Shown piece by piece: positions 42,260-51,475 of a stretch of DNA of 64,000 nucleotides. The notes below the pieces were generated by a model. The model did no database searches. It was given only the letters and a program-made list of their open reading frames with translations, and was not told the DNA's origin. The translations under genes and the position numbers were made by a program. Location: positions 32,001 to 96,000 of the forward strand of contig JAEOTA010000018.1 of assembly GCA_016840085.1 (NCBI GenBank). Reading direction: 5' to 3'. Position 1 is the stretch's first letter. Each line of letters opens with the position of its first letter. Source of the stretch: Promethearchaeota archaeon (GTDB lineage: Archaea > Asgardarchaeota > Lokiarchaeia > Sigyniarchaeales > SOKP01).

Positions 42260-42523
42260 TTACTCTTCTTCTTTTTCTTCCTCTTTCTCTTCTTTCTCTT
42301 CTTCCTTTTCTTCTTCTTTCTCTTGTTCCTTTACTTCTTCCTTTACTTCTTCTTTCTCTTCTTCCTTTACTTCTTCCTTTTCTTCTTCTTTCTCTTGTTC
42401 CTTTACTTCTTCCTTTTCTTCTTCTTTCTCTTGTTCCTCCTCTTCTTTCTCTTCTTCCTTCTCTTCTTGCTTCACTTTCTTTTTCTTTTCTTTCTTTTTC
42501 TTTTCTTTCTTTTTCTTAACCAT
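42260..42523 (-). CDS. Lys/Glu-rich low-complexity protein (basic head, acidic repeat tail)
   Basis: GAGG SD before ATG; composition almost entirely K/E/V/Q. Confidence 0.55.
   Translation of the reverse strand: MVKKKKEKKKKEKKKKVKQEEKEEEKEEEEQEKEEEKEEVKEQEKEEEKEEVKEEEKEEVKEEVKEQEKEEEKEEEKEEKEEEKEEE
42301..42438. repeat. 36-bp tandem repeat built of 12-bp subunits, inside the K/E-rich ORF
   Basis: cttccttttcttcttctttctcttgttcctttactt at 42301 and 42373, partial copy at 42409, degenerate copy at 42337. Confidence 0.85.
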
Positions 42524-42828
42524 TTATTTACCTCTTTATTTTTAATTGCTTTTTATACACTTTTTAGGAATAATCTTTATTTTTGTTCATTGAATATTTA
42601 GAGAGAACAACATTTAAATCTTTACTTTGATGTCCAAAATGATCAATTTTAACTAATTTTTGTAAGAAAAAGAAAAAAAAAGTGAATCAAAAGTATCTAA
42701 ACCAACCAAAATTTCAAATCTTTACTTTTACTTCTAATCACCTTTCTCTCTATTAAAAAAAATAATTATTTTAATTTAGAATAAAGATCTTCAAAATTTT
42801 ACCAAAAAATAAAAAAAGAAGTAAATTT

Positions 42829-43494
42829 TTATTTCTTTTCCTGATTTTTTCCAACTGGACAAGATCCAATACATTTATTGCACCAAATAACAGTATAATC
42901 CGAAAGTGCTTTCCAATTAGCGTAATTATATTCAAGACATAACTCCTTATTATATTTTCCTTCAGGAAATGCTTTTGCTGGACAGGAATGAATACAAATA
43001 TTACATTCTTTACAATATTCACTTTCATATATAGGTTTTCCACAAATTAAGGGTGCGGATGTTGCAAGTGCCCTTAATCTTACTTGAGAGCCATATTTTT
43101 TAGTTATTAATAGATTGTTTTTACCAATAGGTCCTACTCCCGCCAAAGCAGCACAATCTTTTAAATATAATCCCGGGTTATAGGAAATGATTTTAGATTC
43201 ATATCCTTGCTTATCGAGAAATTTATTAATTGAATGACAAAAATTTACTAAAATTGAATCAGCAAACTGGAAATTTTTTCCATTTTCCTCATTCTTACTC
43301 CATGCATCCAATGTTATATCGTATAAATGGATTCCTATTATAATAACTGTCTTTGTTTTTGGTAAAAATGCAAATGGTTGATTTTCTTCAAGAAATCGAT
43401 CAAATAAATTTGGATCAGCGAACCCTATGATATCTATACCTATTTTATTACTATACTCAATTAATTTATCGGTTAATTCTTTATGTTGATCCAT
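42829..43494 (-). CDS. Epoxyqueuosine reductase (QueG)-like Fe-S/cobalamin protein
   Basis: LKDCAALAGVGPIGKNNLL..YGSQVRL, CKECNICIHSCP, WCNKCIGSCP. Confidence 0.82.
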   Translation of the reverse strand: MDQHKELTDKLIEYSNKIGIDIIGFADPNLFDRFLEENQPFAFLPKTKTVIIIGIHLYDITLDAWSKNEENGKNFQFADSILVNFCHSINKFLDKQGYESKIISYNPGLYLKDCAALAGVGPIGKNNLLITKKYGSQVRLRALATSAPLICGKPIYESEYCKECNICIHSCPAKAFPEGKYNKELCLEYNYANWKALSDYTVIWCNKCIGSCPVGKNQEKK

Positions 43495-43545
43495 TGAGTT
43501 TTCATTACGGTTTATTAAATTGAAAAAAAGAATTATTTTCTACTT

Positions 43546-45204
43546 TTATTTTTTTTTCTTTTCCATTCTCTTCTTTAAAGCATTCGATGATATTCTTGCT
43601 CTTTGCTGCCCCTTTGCTGCCCAATAACTCTTTGCTGGTGCTTGTGCGACTTCTTTTTCTTCCATTTCGATTTCTTCTAATTCGTCGTCTAAATAAGATA
43701 AGCCCTCTGTAAAATCTTGTTCAGCGAAAGACATATTTACTGATCGTAAGCGATTTAACTCATTCATCATTTCTTTTTTCAACCCTGTTAATCGGTTTTT
43801 CGATTCAGAAGCTTTTCCTGCATAATATCCAGTTCCAGCAGCTTGAATGTTCATCATTACGTTAAGTTTTTGGTCATATTCTGCCGTAAATTCATCCTCA
43901 TCTTTAGTAACCTTTACTTTATCGTTTATAACTCTCATTCTTTTTCGACCTTCAGTATCGAGATATTCTACTTGGAATTGAACAGGGATTTCTTCATGTT
44001 CTCTCAATTCCTTACTTGAATCTAGTTCTAAAAATAATTCTCTATCTTCTGTAATTGCTCCTAAATTTATTACTGATCCATCAATAGTACCTTTCGAACT
44101 ATAAGCCCCTGTAATGTTTTTTATCATTATGGTTGGTGGAGTGATAATTTTTACTTTAACATCTTTACCTATATATCTCATTTGTCTCATCTCTGAGAAA
44201 ATAGCCTCCATCTCTGAGCTTGAAATTAAATACAACATTCCCCCTGTCTTATCTGTGAGTTTTCCTAGAGTTTCAAGACCCATTTCATTATTATCTCCAG
44301 AAACTGATACTCCTACCACATCCACAATAATTTTAAATTCATTACATAAATCAGCCATATCCTCGTAAAATTTTTCTGCTCCAGGGCTTGTTCCTGAAAG
44401 ATTACCTATTCCTTGGTTTGCAAGACCATCAGTTAACAATGTTATTCTTCCAGTATATTTGAAAATTTCAAAAGAAACGATAGCAAAATATAATGCAGGA
44501 CCTAATGCTGTCATATCCATAGATCTAAGGTCTTCAACTGTTCTTATCCAACCATCAGCAAATTCGCTAATGGATCCTAAAAACTTTTCTTTCTTTGTGG
44601 ATTTTTTTAATTGGGCTTTCATACCTTCTAAAGAAAATAGTAATTCACCACTAAAATTTAATGGATTTTTATCGTATCTTAGATAATAATAAACTGAACT
44701 CTCAAATGCTATTAAAATATATTTAGTTGAAGGCGAGTTAATCTTAAAATCTTTTAAAGTTTGAACTAGAGATTTTTTTACGGCCTCAATTTTAGCCCCA
44801 CTCATACTCCCCGAGATGTCAATCACAGAAATATAGAGATCTCCCGCTGTAACATCCATTTTTGTTATTTTTTCTTCTTCTTTTGATTTTTTAGTTAAAG
44901 CTTCTATTAAAATAAAATCAATATCATTAGGTAATTTCTCCTTTACTTTAGATTTATCTACTATATTAATTGTCCCACAAAATTCACATATATAGTAAGA
45001 TCCTTTTTGTGTATCTACCTGAATTAAATCTATATCAGTAAAAATAGCACCACATGAATTACATTTAATAGGTTCATCTTTTGTCTCATATTTTGGTTTT
45101 CCAAGTTCTCTAAAAGCAATGGAATATAAATAGGGATATAATTCTTTTTTAGATGGTTTTTTAGAAAGAAATTTTTTAAATGCTCTATTAAACATAAATT
45201 TCAC
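43546..45204 (-). CDS. Sec23/Sec24-like protein: Zn finger + vWA + beta-sandwich + helical domain
   Basis: PIKCNSCGA...YICEFCGTIN zinc finger, VIDISGSMSG MIDAS, TALGPAL, LLTDGLANQGIG, TGG. Confidence 0.8.
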   Translation of the reverse strand: MKFMFNRAFKKFLSKKPSKKELYPYLYSIAFRELGKPKYETKDEPIKCNSCGAIFTDIDLIQVDTQKGSYYICEFCGTINIVDKSKVKEKLPNDIDFILIEALTKKSKEEEKITKMDVTAGDLYISVIDISGSMSGAKIEAVKKSLVQTLKDFKINSPSTKYILIAFESSVYYYLRYDKNPLNFSGELLFSLEGMKAQLKKSTKKEKFLGSISEFADGWIRTVEDLRSMDMTALGPALYFAIVSFEIFKYTGRITLLTDGLANQGIGNLSGTSPGAEKFYEDMADLCNEFKIIVDVVGVSVSGDNNEMGLETLGKLTDKTGGMLYLISSSEMEAIFSEMRQMRYIGKDVKVKIITPPTIMIKNITGAYSSKGTIDGSVINLGAITEDRELFLELDSSKELREHEEIPVQFQVEYLDTEGRKRMRVINDKVKVTKDEDEFTAEYDQKLNVMMNIQAAGTGYYAGKASESKNRLTGLKKEMMNELNRLRSVNMSFAEQDFTEGLSYLDDELEEIEMEEKEVAQAPAKSYWAAKGQQRARISSNALKKRMEKKKK

Positions 45205-45303
45205 TAATTTAGAAGTTTAAATTGTTAATAAAAAATGGATAATAAATAATTTTGTAAGGTTTAAATAAAAAAGAATCTTAATCCCAAAACCTTTGCTAGG
45301 CAG

Positions 45304-45338
45304 TCTTCGAACGTCTCATTTTTTTACATGCGAATCAT
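45304..45338 (-). promoter_or_regulatory. Eukaryote-type SECIS element (AUGA-AA-GA)
   Basis: AUGA-UUCGCAUGU-AAAAAAAUGAG-ACGUUCGAA-GA beginning just after the stop codon; 8 of 9 upper-stem positions pair. Confidence 0.8.
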
Positions 45339-45340
45339 TC

Positions 45341-45873
45341 TTATTTGGGATTTATTAAATATTTATCAATAATTTTAATCATCATTTCTATTGTAGGTCT
45401 ATCTGTCTTATCTTTACCAATATATTTCCAAATAATTTTACCATCTTTATTAATTAAGAACTTACTAGGCACAGCTTGTTTTATCTTATAATCTAAGCCC
45501 GCAACAGGGGCAAACCAGTATGCATCATATTGTTTAGCAATTTTAGCTCCACGATCGGAAATAATATCAACATTAAACTCGTTATCTTCTTTGAATTTTG
45601 TCAAAAGTCTAGCACTATCGCTTGCTATCGATATTAACTTAATCTTTCGCTTGTTAAATTCAGAAATATGTTCCGTTAATAGTTTTAAATGTGCTTTGCA
45701 ATGACTTCACCAATTTCCTCTAAAAAAGTCGATTAGTACACCATTAAACTTTTTGAGAAGGTCATTAAGATTTATAGGATTATCGTATATATTTACAGTA
45801 TCTATCAAGGGAGCTTTAGTCTCTATATCTAATCTTTAGGTCTTGGAGGTTCTTCAGCATTCATTTTACTCAT
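45341..45873 (-). CDS. Peroxiredoxin-like (AhpC/TSA) selenoprotein, UxxC; apparent 1-nt frameshift near the 5' end
   Basis: Frame upstream of the ORF-track start reads KAPLIDT...GVLIDFFRGNW[TGA 45709-45707]SHCKAHL...SIASD...IISD...PSKFLINKDGKIIWKYIG; the ATG at 45873 is in a different frame. Confidence 0.85.
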
Positions 45874-46063
45874 CTCTTTCTTTTTACATATAATTTTTAC
45901 GAATATAAGATGCAGATACAATCAGAAATTATAAATATACGTCTTTAAAAATATAATCTTTCTCCCCGAAGTTTGTAATTCTAAGCAAACAACTCTAAAA
46001 ACTGCCTCAATTTAAGTTTTACTTAAATCTAAGAGAGTGAACTAAAAAAGTCTATATTTATTT

Positions 46064-46597
46064 TTATTTAGAGTATCTTTCAAAAAGGATTTCTGTCATA
46101 TCATAGAACGATTTCTCAACATTTTCTCCTGTTTTCGAAGATAATTCAATAAAAGAAGTAAGATTATATTTTTTGGTCGCTAATATGCCATCTTCGGTTG
46201 GTACTGCTCTAAACTCATCCAAGTCTAATTTTGAGCCAATTAACATTATTGGAATATCACCTGCATTCTCTCTAACTATTTGGGTCCAATCAGGGAGATG
46301 ATCTAATGAAATTTGATTAGTAATGTCAAATAAGAAGAAAGCACCATTTGCTCCCTTACAATATTGAGATAGCAAGAATCGAAATCTCTCTTCACCACCA
46401 AAATCCCAAATTTGCAGTTTAACTTTATTATCAATGAAATCAATTGTCTTACTATAGAAATCAACCCCTATAGTTAACTTTAGATCCTCCATAAAAAATC
46501 CAGAAATATATCTAAGGGTGAGTGACGTTTTCCCAACAGAAGCATCTCCTAACATCAAGATTTTATAAGTAAAATCGTAACTGGTCATTTTTTTCAA
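46064..46597 (-). CDS. Rab-like small GTPase
   Basis: GDASVGKT, TIGVDF, WDFGGEERFR, SKLD, SSK. Confidence 0.95.
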   Translation of the reverse strand: MKKMTSYDFTYKILMLGDASVGKTSLTLRYISGFFMEDLKLTIGVDFYSKTIDFIDNKVKLQIWDFGGEERFRFLLSQYCKGANGAFFLFDITNQISLDHLPDWTQIVRENAGDIPIMLIGSKLDLDEFRAVPTEDGILATKKYNLTSFIELSSKTGENVEKSFYDMTEILFERYSK

Positions 46598-46734
46598 TGG
46601 ATAGGCAGCGAAATAATTTCTAATTATATTATAAAATTTTAGAAAAATTCACTTTAAAAATATAATATTATTATAACCTTATTATAATTAATTTTTGCTA
46701 AATTTAAATGTATTATTTTCAAATAAAGCAGATA

Positions 46735-47376
46735 TTATAGAATTAAAATAAGAATATTAAAACAAGAATGTGCAATTGAACAAGGAATTAATGAATAATC
46801 AAAATAGACAAAAATCGTTGCCAATAAGATGCCAAATGAAAAATAATAACCAAAATAAGTCATAATGGTTGTGAACGGCACTAAAAACAGAGGAACATGG
46901 TAAAAAGAAAAAAAAAATGATGAAATAATGATTGAGAGACTAATTTTTATTTTTTGATTTAATTTCTTTATTAAAAAGCCTCTAAAAAAAGCTTCTTCAC
47001 AAGGACCTATTATTAATAATTGTAAACTTATCAAAATTATTATTTGACCTATATTAGGGTGTGTAGGAGTTGTACTTATCGCGCTTTCTTGCCCCTCTTG
47101 TACAAACTGAGCACCAAAAATATTTTCAACTATAATATTTCTAAAAAAAAACATAAGATACACTGAGGAGAAGAAAAATAAAATTCCAAATCCTAATCCC
47201 GCGATTACCTTTATAAAAATATCTTCATTTTTTTGAAATCCCATCTCAACTATAACTTCTTTAAAACGTTTTTTTTCAATTTTACTCGAAATAAAGGCAG
47301 GTAATAGAACAAATAAAATTTCAAGGCATGTTAAGACGATTAAAATCCATGGATTTTCTCCTAAATTAATGGTCAT
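46735..47376 (-). CDS. CPBP (CAAX protease-like) intramembrane metalloprotease
   Basis: EEAFFRG, FSFYH, AHSCFN; ATG at 47376 preferred. Confidence 0.88.
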   Translation of the reverse strand: MTINLGENPWILIVLTCLEILFVLLPAFISSKIEKKRFKEVIVEMGFQKNEDIFIKVIAGLGFGILFFFSSVYLMFFFRNIIVENIFGAQFVQEGQESAISTTPTHPNIGQIIILISLQLLIIGPCEEAFFRGFLIKKLNQKIKISLSIIISSFFFSFYHVPLFLVPFTTIMTYFGYYFSFGILLATIFVYFDYSLIPCSIAHSCFNILILIL

Positions 47377-47468
47377 AATAGTTTGATAACTTTTCTTTAA
47401 ACTTCTAAAAATCAAAAAATTGAATATCTCATTATTATTATTTTTATCTCTAATTTTTTGTTCTTTTA

Positions 47469-48749
47469 ATGACAATTCGAAACAACTTTATTGACATTGA
47501 AAATAAAGATTTAAATTTTCTTTCAAGAGAAAAAAAAGTAAAAAACAATTTCGGATTTACAAAAGAACAGCTTCTACTTAATAATTTAAAAGCTCTAGCC
47601 AAAGAATATAAAGAGCTTGAAAAATTGAAAAATGATTTTTCTAAAATTATTTTAAAAAATTTAAGGAATTTAGATTTTTCGAGATTAATAGATTATCCAA
47701 GGTTTTATATTAAAGAGAAATTTCTGAAAAAAGCAGTTACAGCCTCTAACATCACAGGATTAAATGTTATTAGTGTTGATGGAAGCTCAGTCTCGAAAAA
47801 GTTTATGAATGTAGATTTCTCATTTTTAAAAGCTATTGCGGTTAAATATTATTTCAAAAAAAATACAGTTGCTAACATCAAATACTATCCTGATTTAAAT
47901 GGTTTCAATAATTATTTTGTTCAAGGAAATTTCTTTAATCGAGATGAAAATGCGGTAGATACTAAGATCTCAATGGATATGAGACATATGGAAATTAATT
48001 TGTTAAATAATGTAATTGAAAGATCTTCTGATACTGATGTGATTATTATTGATGGACCAATCGTTATTACTCCCATTAATTTATTATTTTCAAAAGATCC
48101 TGAAATTTCTAAAAGATATGATGATTTATTAAAAGAATATCATAAATTATACTCATTTTGTAAGGATGAAGGAATAATTTTAATTGGCTCAATTAAAGAT
48201 ACGAGAACATCAGCTTTATCAAATCTTTTATCTGAAGCAATTCAATTATTAAAATCTAATCATTCCAATTTAGCAGATTTCATCAAACTTAATTATCGGC
48301 ATATAATCGAATTTTTCTCTGATATAGATTTGTTTAATCGATTATTAGAAAATAACGAGAGAAGCTGTATTTTTAATTGTAAAAATGAAATTGATAAGAT
48401 CAGAGATACAGGCATTAAAAAAGAAATCCCTTATTATTTTCCTCTCTCCTTTTATGCCTTTTATCTGAAAACCGCAAGATACGACACTCCTTGCAGAATA
48501 GAGTTTTTTATGGACGAAACTCATTCGATTAAAAAAGCTTCTGAAAAAGCTGACCTAATTACTTCAATATTACTACCAATATCAAGTCTAAATGAGCACT
48601 ACGGCTTACCAATTCCCCAAATCGAAGCTCATAAGCGAGCTGTATTTAAAAAAAATGAAGTAGATCTTTTATTCAATAATTTAATCAGAACTTTGAGTAA
48701 GTATGGTATTACACTATTAGAGAAAAGAAGAAATAGAAGACCATTTTAG
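47469..48749 (+). CDS. nurA: NurA-family 5'-3' nuclease
   Basis: SVDGSS, IIIDGP, GSIKD, YGLPIPQIEAHKRA. Confidence 0.85.
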   Translation: MTIRNNFIDIENKDLNFLSREKKVKNNFGFTKEQLLLNNLKALAKEYKELEKLKNDFSKIILKNLRNLDFSRLIDYPRFYIKEKFLKKAVTASNITGLNVISVDGSSVSKKFMNVDFSFLKAIAVKYYFKKNTVANIKYYPDLNGFNNYFVQGNFFNRDENAVDTKISMDMRHMEINLLNNVIERSSDTDVIIIDGPIVITPINLLFSKDPEISKRYDDLLKEYHKLYSFCKDEGIILIGSIKDTRTSALSNLLSEAIQLLKSNHSNLADFIKLNYRHIIEFFSDIDLFNRLLENNERSCIFNCKNEIDKIRDTGIKKEIPYYFPLSFYAFYLKTARYDTPCRIEFFMDETHSIKKASEKADLITSILLPISSLNEHYGLPIPQIEAHKRAVFKKNEVDLLFNNLIRTLSKYGITLLEKRRNRRPF

Positions 48750-49441
48750 CTTTTAAGACATTTTAATCTGTGTAAAAAAATATCTTCAAAGAAATAATGT
48801 TTTTTTTCTATTATTTCGTTATTATATCCTAATTTCATGATTTTTTTACTTAAATCCTCAATTATAGTTCTGCTAGAGCTTAAGCAATATATATAATGTT
48901 CTTTACCTAAGTTTAGAAACTCTTTTGCTTCTTTAAGGAACTGTATTAATATTTCAAATCCTTTTAATCCACCATCCCAACTATAATCAATAAGTTGTTT
49001 ATTTTTTCTATTTTTAATATATTCTGAGGAGGGTAAATATGGTGGATTAAAAATAATTATGTTAAAAGATGATTTCAATTTATCAGGAAAAGATTTAAAT
49101 AAATCTGATTGCAAAAATATAATTTCATTGTTGAAGTTATTTAGCATTTCATTTTCTTTAGCACACGTTATTGCATCTTCTAAAATATCAGATGCAAATA
49201 TCCTTGGATTAAAGTTTTGGTTTTGAGATTTTATCAATTGAAGAAAAATAGCTATAATTCCAGTTCCAGTACCCAGATCTAAAACATTCTCAATTTCACT
49301 TAATTCAATTCCATCAAAATAATTATCATTAATCTTTTTTTTGAAATACTCAATCAATAAAAAGGAATCCTGTGAAGGATAATATACCTTCTCATGATCA
49401 CATTCGATTAAAGGATCCGTTATAAAATAAAAAGTGATCAT
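48746..49441 (-). CDS. HemK2/Mtq2 release-factor glutamine methyltransferase
   Basis: VYYPSQDSFLL, DLGTGTG, FNPPYLP, WDGG. Confidence 0.92.
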   Translation of the reverse strand: MITFYFITDPLIECDHEKVYYPSQDSFLLIEYFKKKINDNYFDGIELSEIENVLDLGTGTGIIAIFLQLIKSQNQNFNPRIFASDILEDAITCAKENEMLNNFNNEIIFLQSDLFKSFPDKLKSSFNIIIFNPPYLPSSEYIKNRKNKQLIDYSWDGGLKGFEILIQFLKEAKEFLNLGKEHYIYCLSSSRTIIEDLSKKIMKLGYNNEIIEKKHYFFEDIFLHRLKCLKS

Positions 49442-49458
49442 CTCGTTTTAATAATTTT

Positions 49459-50295
49459 TTAAGTATAAAAGAGGCTGCTTATGTCTATTAAGTCTTCTAT
49501 GGGGTAACTGAAAATTTTTTTGTTTCCGTAGTTTTTTTCTTGCAATATGCTTGAAATTCTTTCTTTGTTATAATTATTATCATTAATCGCTTTAAAAAAC
49601 ATTACTAATGCATTTACGATATTTTTATTTTTGTAGGGCATGATCCCCGCTATAAATTTTAAGAAGAAAGAAGCTCTTTTTTTTTCTAATAAAAATGTAT
49701 GTAATTCTTCCTTTGGAACTAATTTAATTAGATTTAAATCGATTTTTGGAGCAGGATAAAAGCTATTTCGGGAAACGTCATGCTTTAATACTGGTTTCAA
49801 GTAGGCATTCACACCAACGCTAATTCTAGAAAATTCTTTATAACTTCCAGTTAAAAAGATTCGATTTGTGATACTTTTTTCAATAATCAATACTCCTTGG
49901 GAGGGAGCTTGGTTGAAAAATACTTTCTCAAAGAGAGGACCCGTGATTGTATATGGAATATTCGATATCACTTTATTATGTGAAGGAATATCCATTTTTA
50001 AGATATCACAGTTTATAATTTCACAGTTGTTATATACCGAAAATTTTTCTGAGAGAAATTTATAAAGAATAGAGTCAATTTCAATAGCATATACTTTTTT
50101 GGCTTTTTTAATTAAGGGTTCGGTTAAGGCGCCTAAACCGGGTCCAATTTCTAAAATAGTATCATCTTTTGAGACTTCAGATAATAAAATTATTTTTTTT
50201 AATAAATTATCATCAATTAAAAAATTTTGACTTAGATGCTTTTTAGGTCGTAAATTTAATTTGTTTAGAGTAAGCTTTACTTCTGTATAATTCAT
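49459..50295 (-). CDS. rsmA: 16S rRNA adenine dimethyltransferase KsgA/Dim1
   Basis: KKHLSQNFL, LEIGPGLGALT, NIPYTIT, FYPAPKID. Confidence 0.95.
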   Translation of the reverse strand: MNYTEVKLTLNKLNLRPKKHLSQNFLIDDNLLKKIILLSEVSKDDTILEIGPGLGALTEPLIKKAKKVYAIEIDSILYKFLSEKFSVYNNCEIINCDILKMDIPSHNKVISNIPYTITGPLFEKVFFNQAPSQGVLIIEKSITNRIFLTGSYKEFSRISVGVNAYLKPVLKHDVSRNSFYPAPKIDLNLIKLVPKEELHTFLLEKKRASFFLKFIAGIMPYKNKNIVNALVMFFKAINDNNYNKERISSILQEKNYGNKKIFSYPIEDLIDISSLFYT

Positions 50296-50300
50296 TTTAA

Positions 50301-50951
50301 TTATTCATATTTCTGAGTTTTACTGAACAGGTAATATTTTACATCTCTCGAAAGTTCTTTAATAATTCTTTGTGCGATAAGTTTAGTAGGGTGAGAAATA
50401 CTTGTTCTATCAGCAATATCTTGAAAGTTACCAAATTTTTGTCTTTCTCTTGCCTCAAGAAGCTCCCACATATGCTTTTGTCCAATCCCAGGCAATAATT
50501 TTAAAGCATGCATCCGAGGAGTAATAGAAGTGGAATTGTTGAAGAAATTGATGAACTCTTCTTCAAATTTTAATACTTCTTTTTCTAGAATTGGTTGAAT
50601 AAGTGCTTTTGAAGTGGTAGTTAGATCATTATAATTAATCTTTTTCAAAACGTCTCTTAATTTATCTTCATTTAAGAATTCTTCATACGTTTTTTGTTCT
50701 TGGACTTGAATATCAGAGTTTTTATTTACCTTTACCTCATAAAGAACAAAATCTGGAAAAGTTAGAACTTGAGCTATTGGTGTTTTTGCCCAACTAGGCT
50801 TATCTTCTTCGGGATGACCATGAATTAATACATCTAATATAACAACATCCCGAAATTTTTTTATAAATTGTTTTTTTTTCTTTGGACCTCCTCGATAGGG
50901 TCTTCTCCGGGGAGGACCTCTGTACCGCTCTCTTCTTTCCATCTTTACCAA
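50301..50951 (-). CDS. DUF655 putative RNA-binding protein
   Basis: FFNNSTSITPRMHALKLLPGIGQK HhH motif; conserved position between rpoF and ksgA. Confidence 0.9.
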   Translation of the reverse strand: MVKMERRERYRGPPRRRPYRGGPKKKKQFIKKFRDVVILDVLIHGHPEEDKPSWAKTPIAQVLTFPDFVLYEVKVNKNSDIQVQEQKTYEEFLNEDKLRDVLKKINYNDLTTTSKALIQPILEKEVLKFEEEFINFFNNSTSITPRMHALKLLPGIGQKHMWELLEARERQKFGNFQDIADRTSISHPTKLIAQRIIKELSRDVKYYLFSKTQKYE

Positions 50952-51088
50952 TTATCTTCCTTTCTACTTTTCCAATAACCATTTCAAAATTTTAATTTTT
51001 ATAAACTAACTCTATGAGTAAGGATAGCTCATTGAATTTAAAACAATTTAGACTTATTAATTTTACTATAAAGAAATTATAATTATAG

Positions 51089-51454
51089 TTAAGATGTTTT
51101 TATATCTTCTATACTCTCCAATATCACTTCTAATTGTTCGTCATCTAACGTTTTTCCAACAAAGGATTTCTCTAATATCATTCTTAACTCTGGAACGGAT
51201 TGCGGGTCTATGTTTACGATGTTAATTGCGTAGATTTCCTCAATTTCATAATCATTTATCAAAAATTTTATAATTTTTTTTGCTGTTCGAGCATCAATCT
51301 TTGCGAACTTGTTTACATAATTATACGTAATTTCTTGAAAGTGCGACATTCCCTCCTCAGAATCAATTTCTAGCATTTTTTCTTTTACATATTCCATAAT
51401 CTCCTTTACTTCTGGAATAGAAACTGTTCTCTCGTCTTTCTTTCTTCCTGACAT
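51089..51454 (-). CDS. rpoF: RNA polymerase subunit F (Rpo4)
   Basis: VSIPEVKEI...YVNKFAK...IVNIDPQSVPELR; operon context. Confidence 0.9.
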   Translation of the reverse strand: MSGRKKDERTVSIPEVKEIMEYVKEKMLEIDSEEGMSHFQEITYNYVNKFAKIDARTAKKIIKFLINDYEIEEIYAINIVNIDPQSVPELRMILEKSFVGKTLDDEQLEVILESIEDIKTS

Positions 51455-51475
51455 ATTTGTGCTACCTATTGAGAT

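Noticed and set aside
42301-42438. 36-bp repeats considered as a CRISPR array
   Set aside because: Contiguous low-complexity units without unique spacers, and no cas genes.
42323-42601. F/L-rich 92-aa ORF on the + strand
   Set aside because: It is the antisense mirror of the K/E repeat; the - strand ORF has the SD and ATG.
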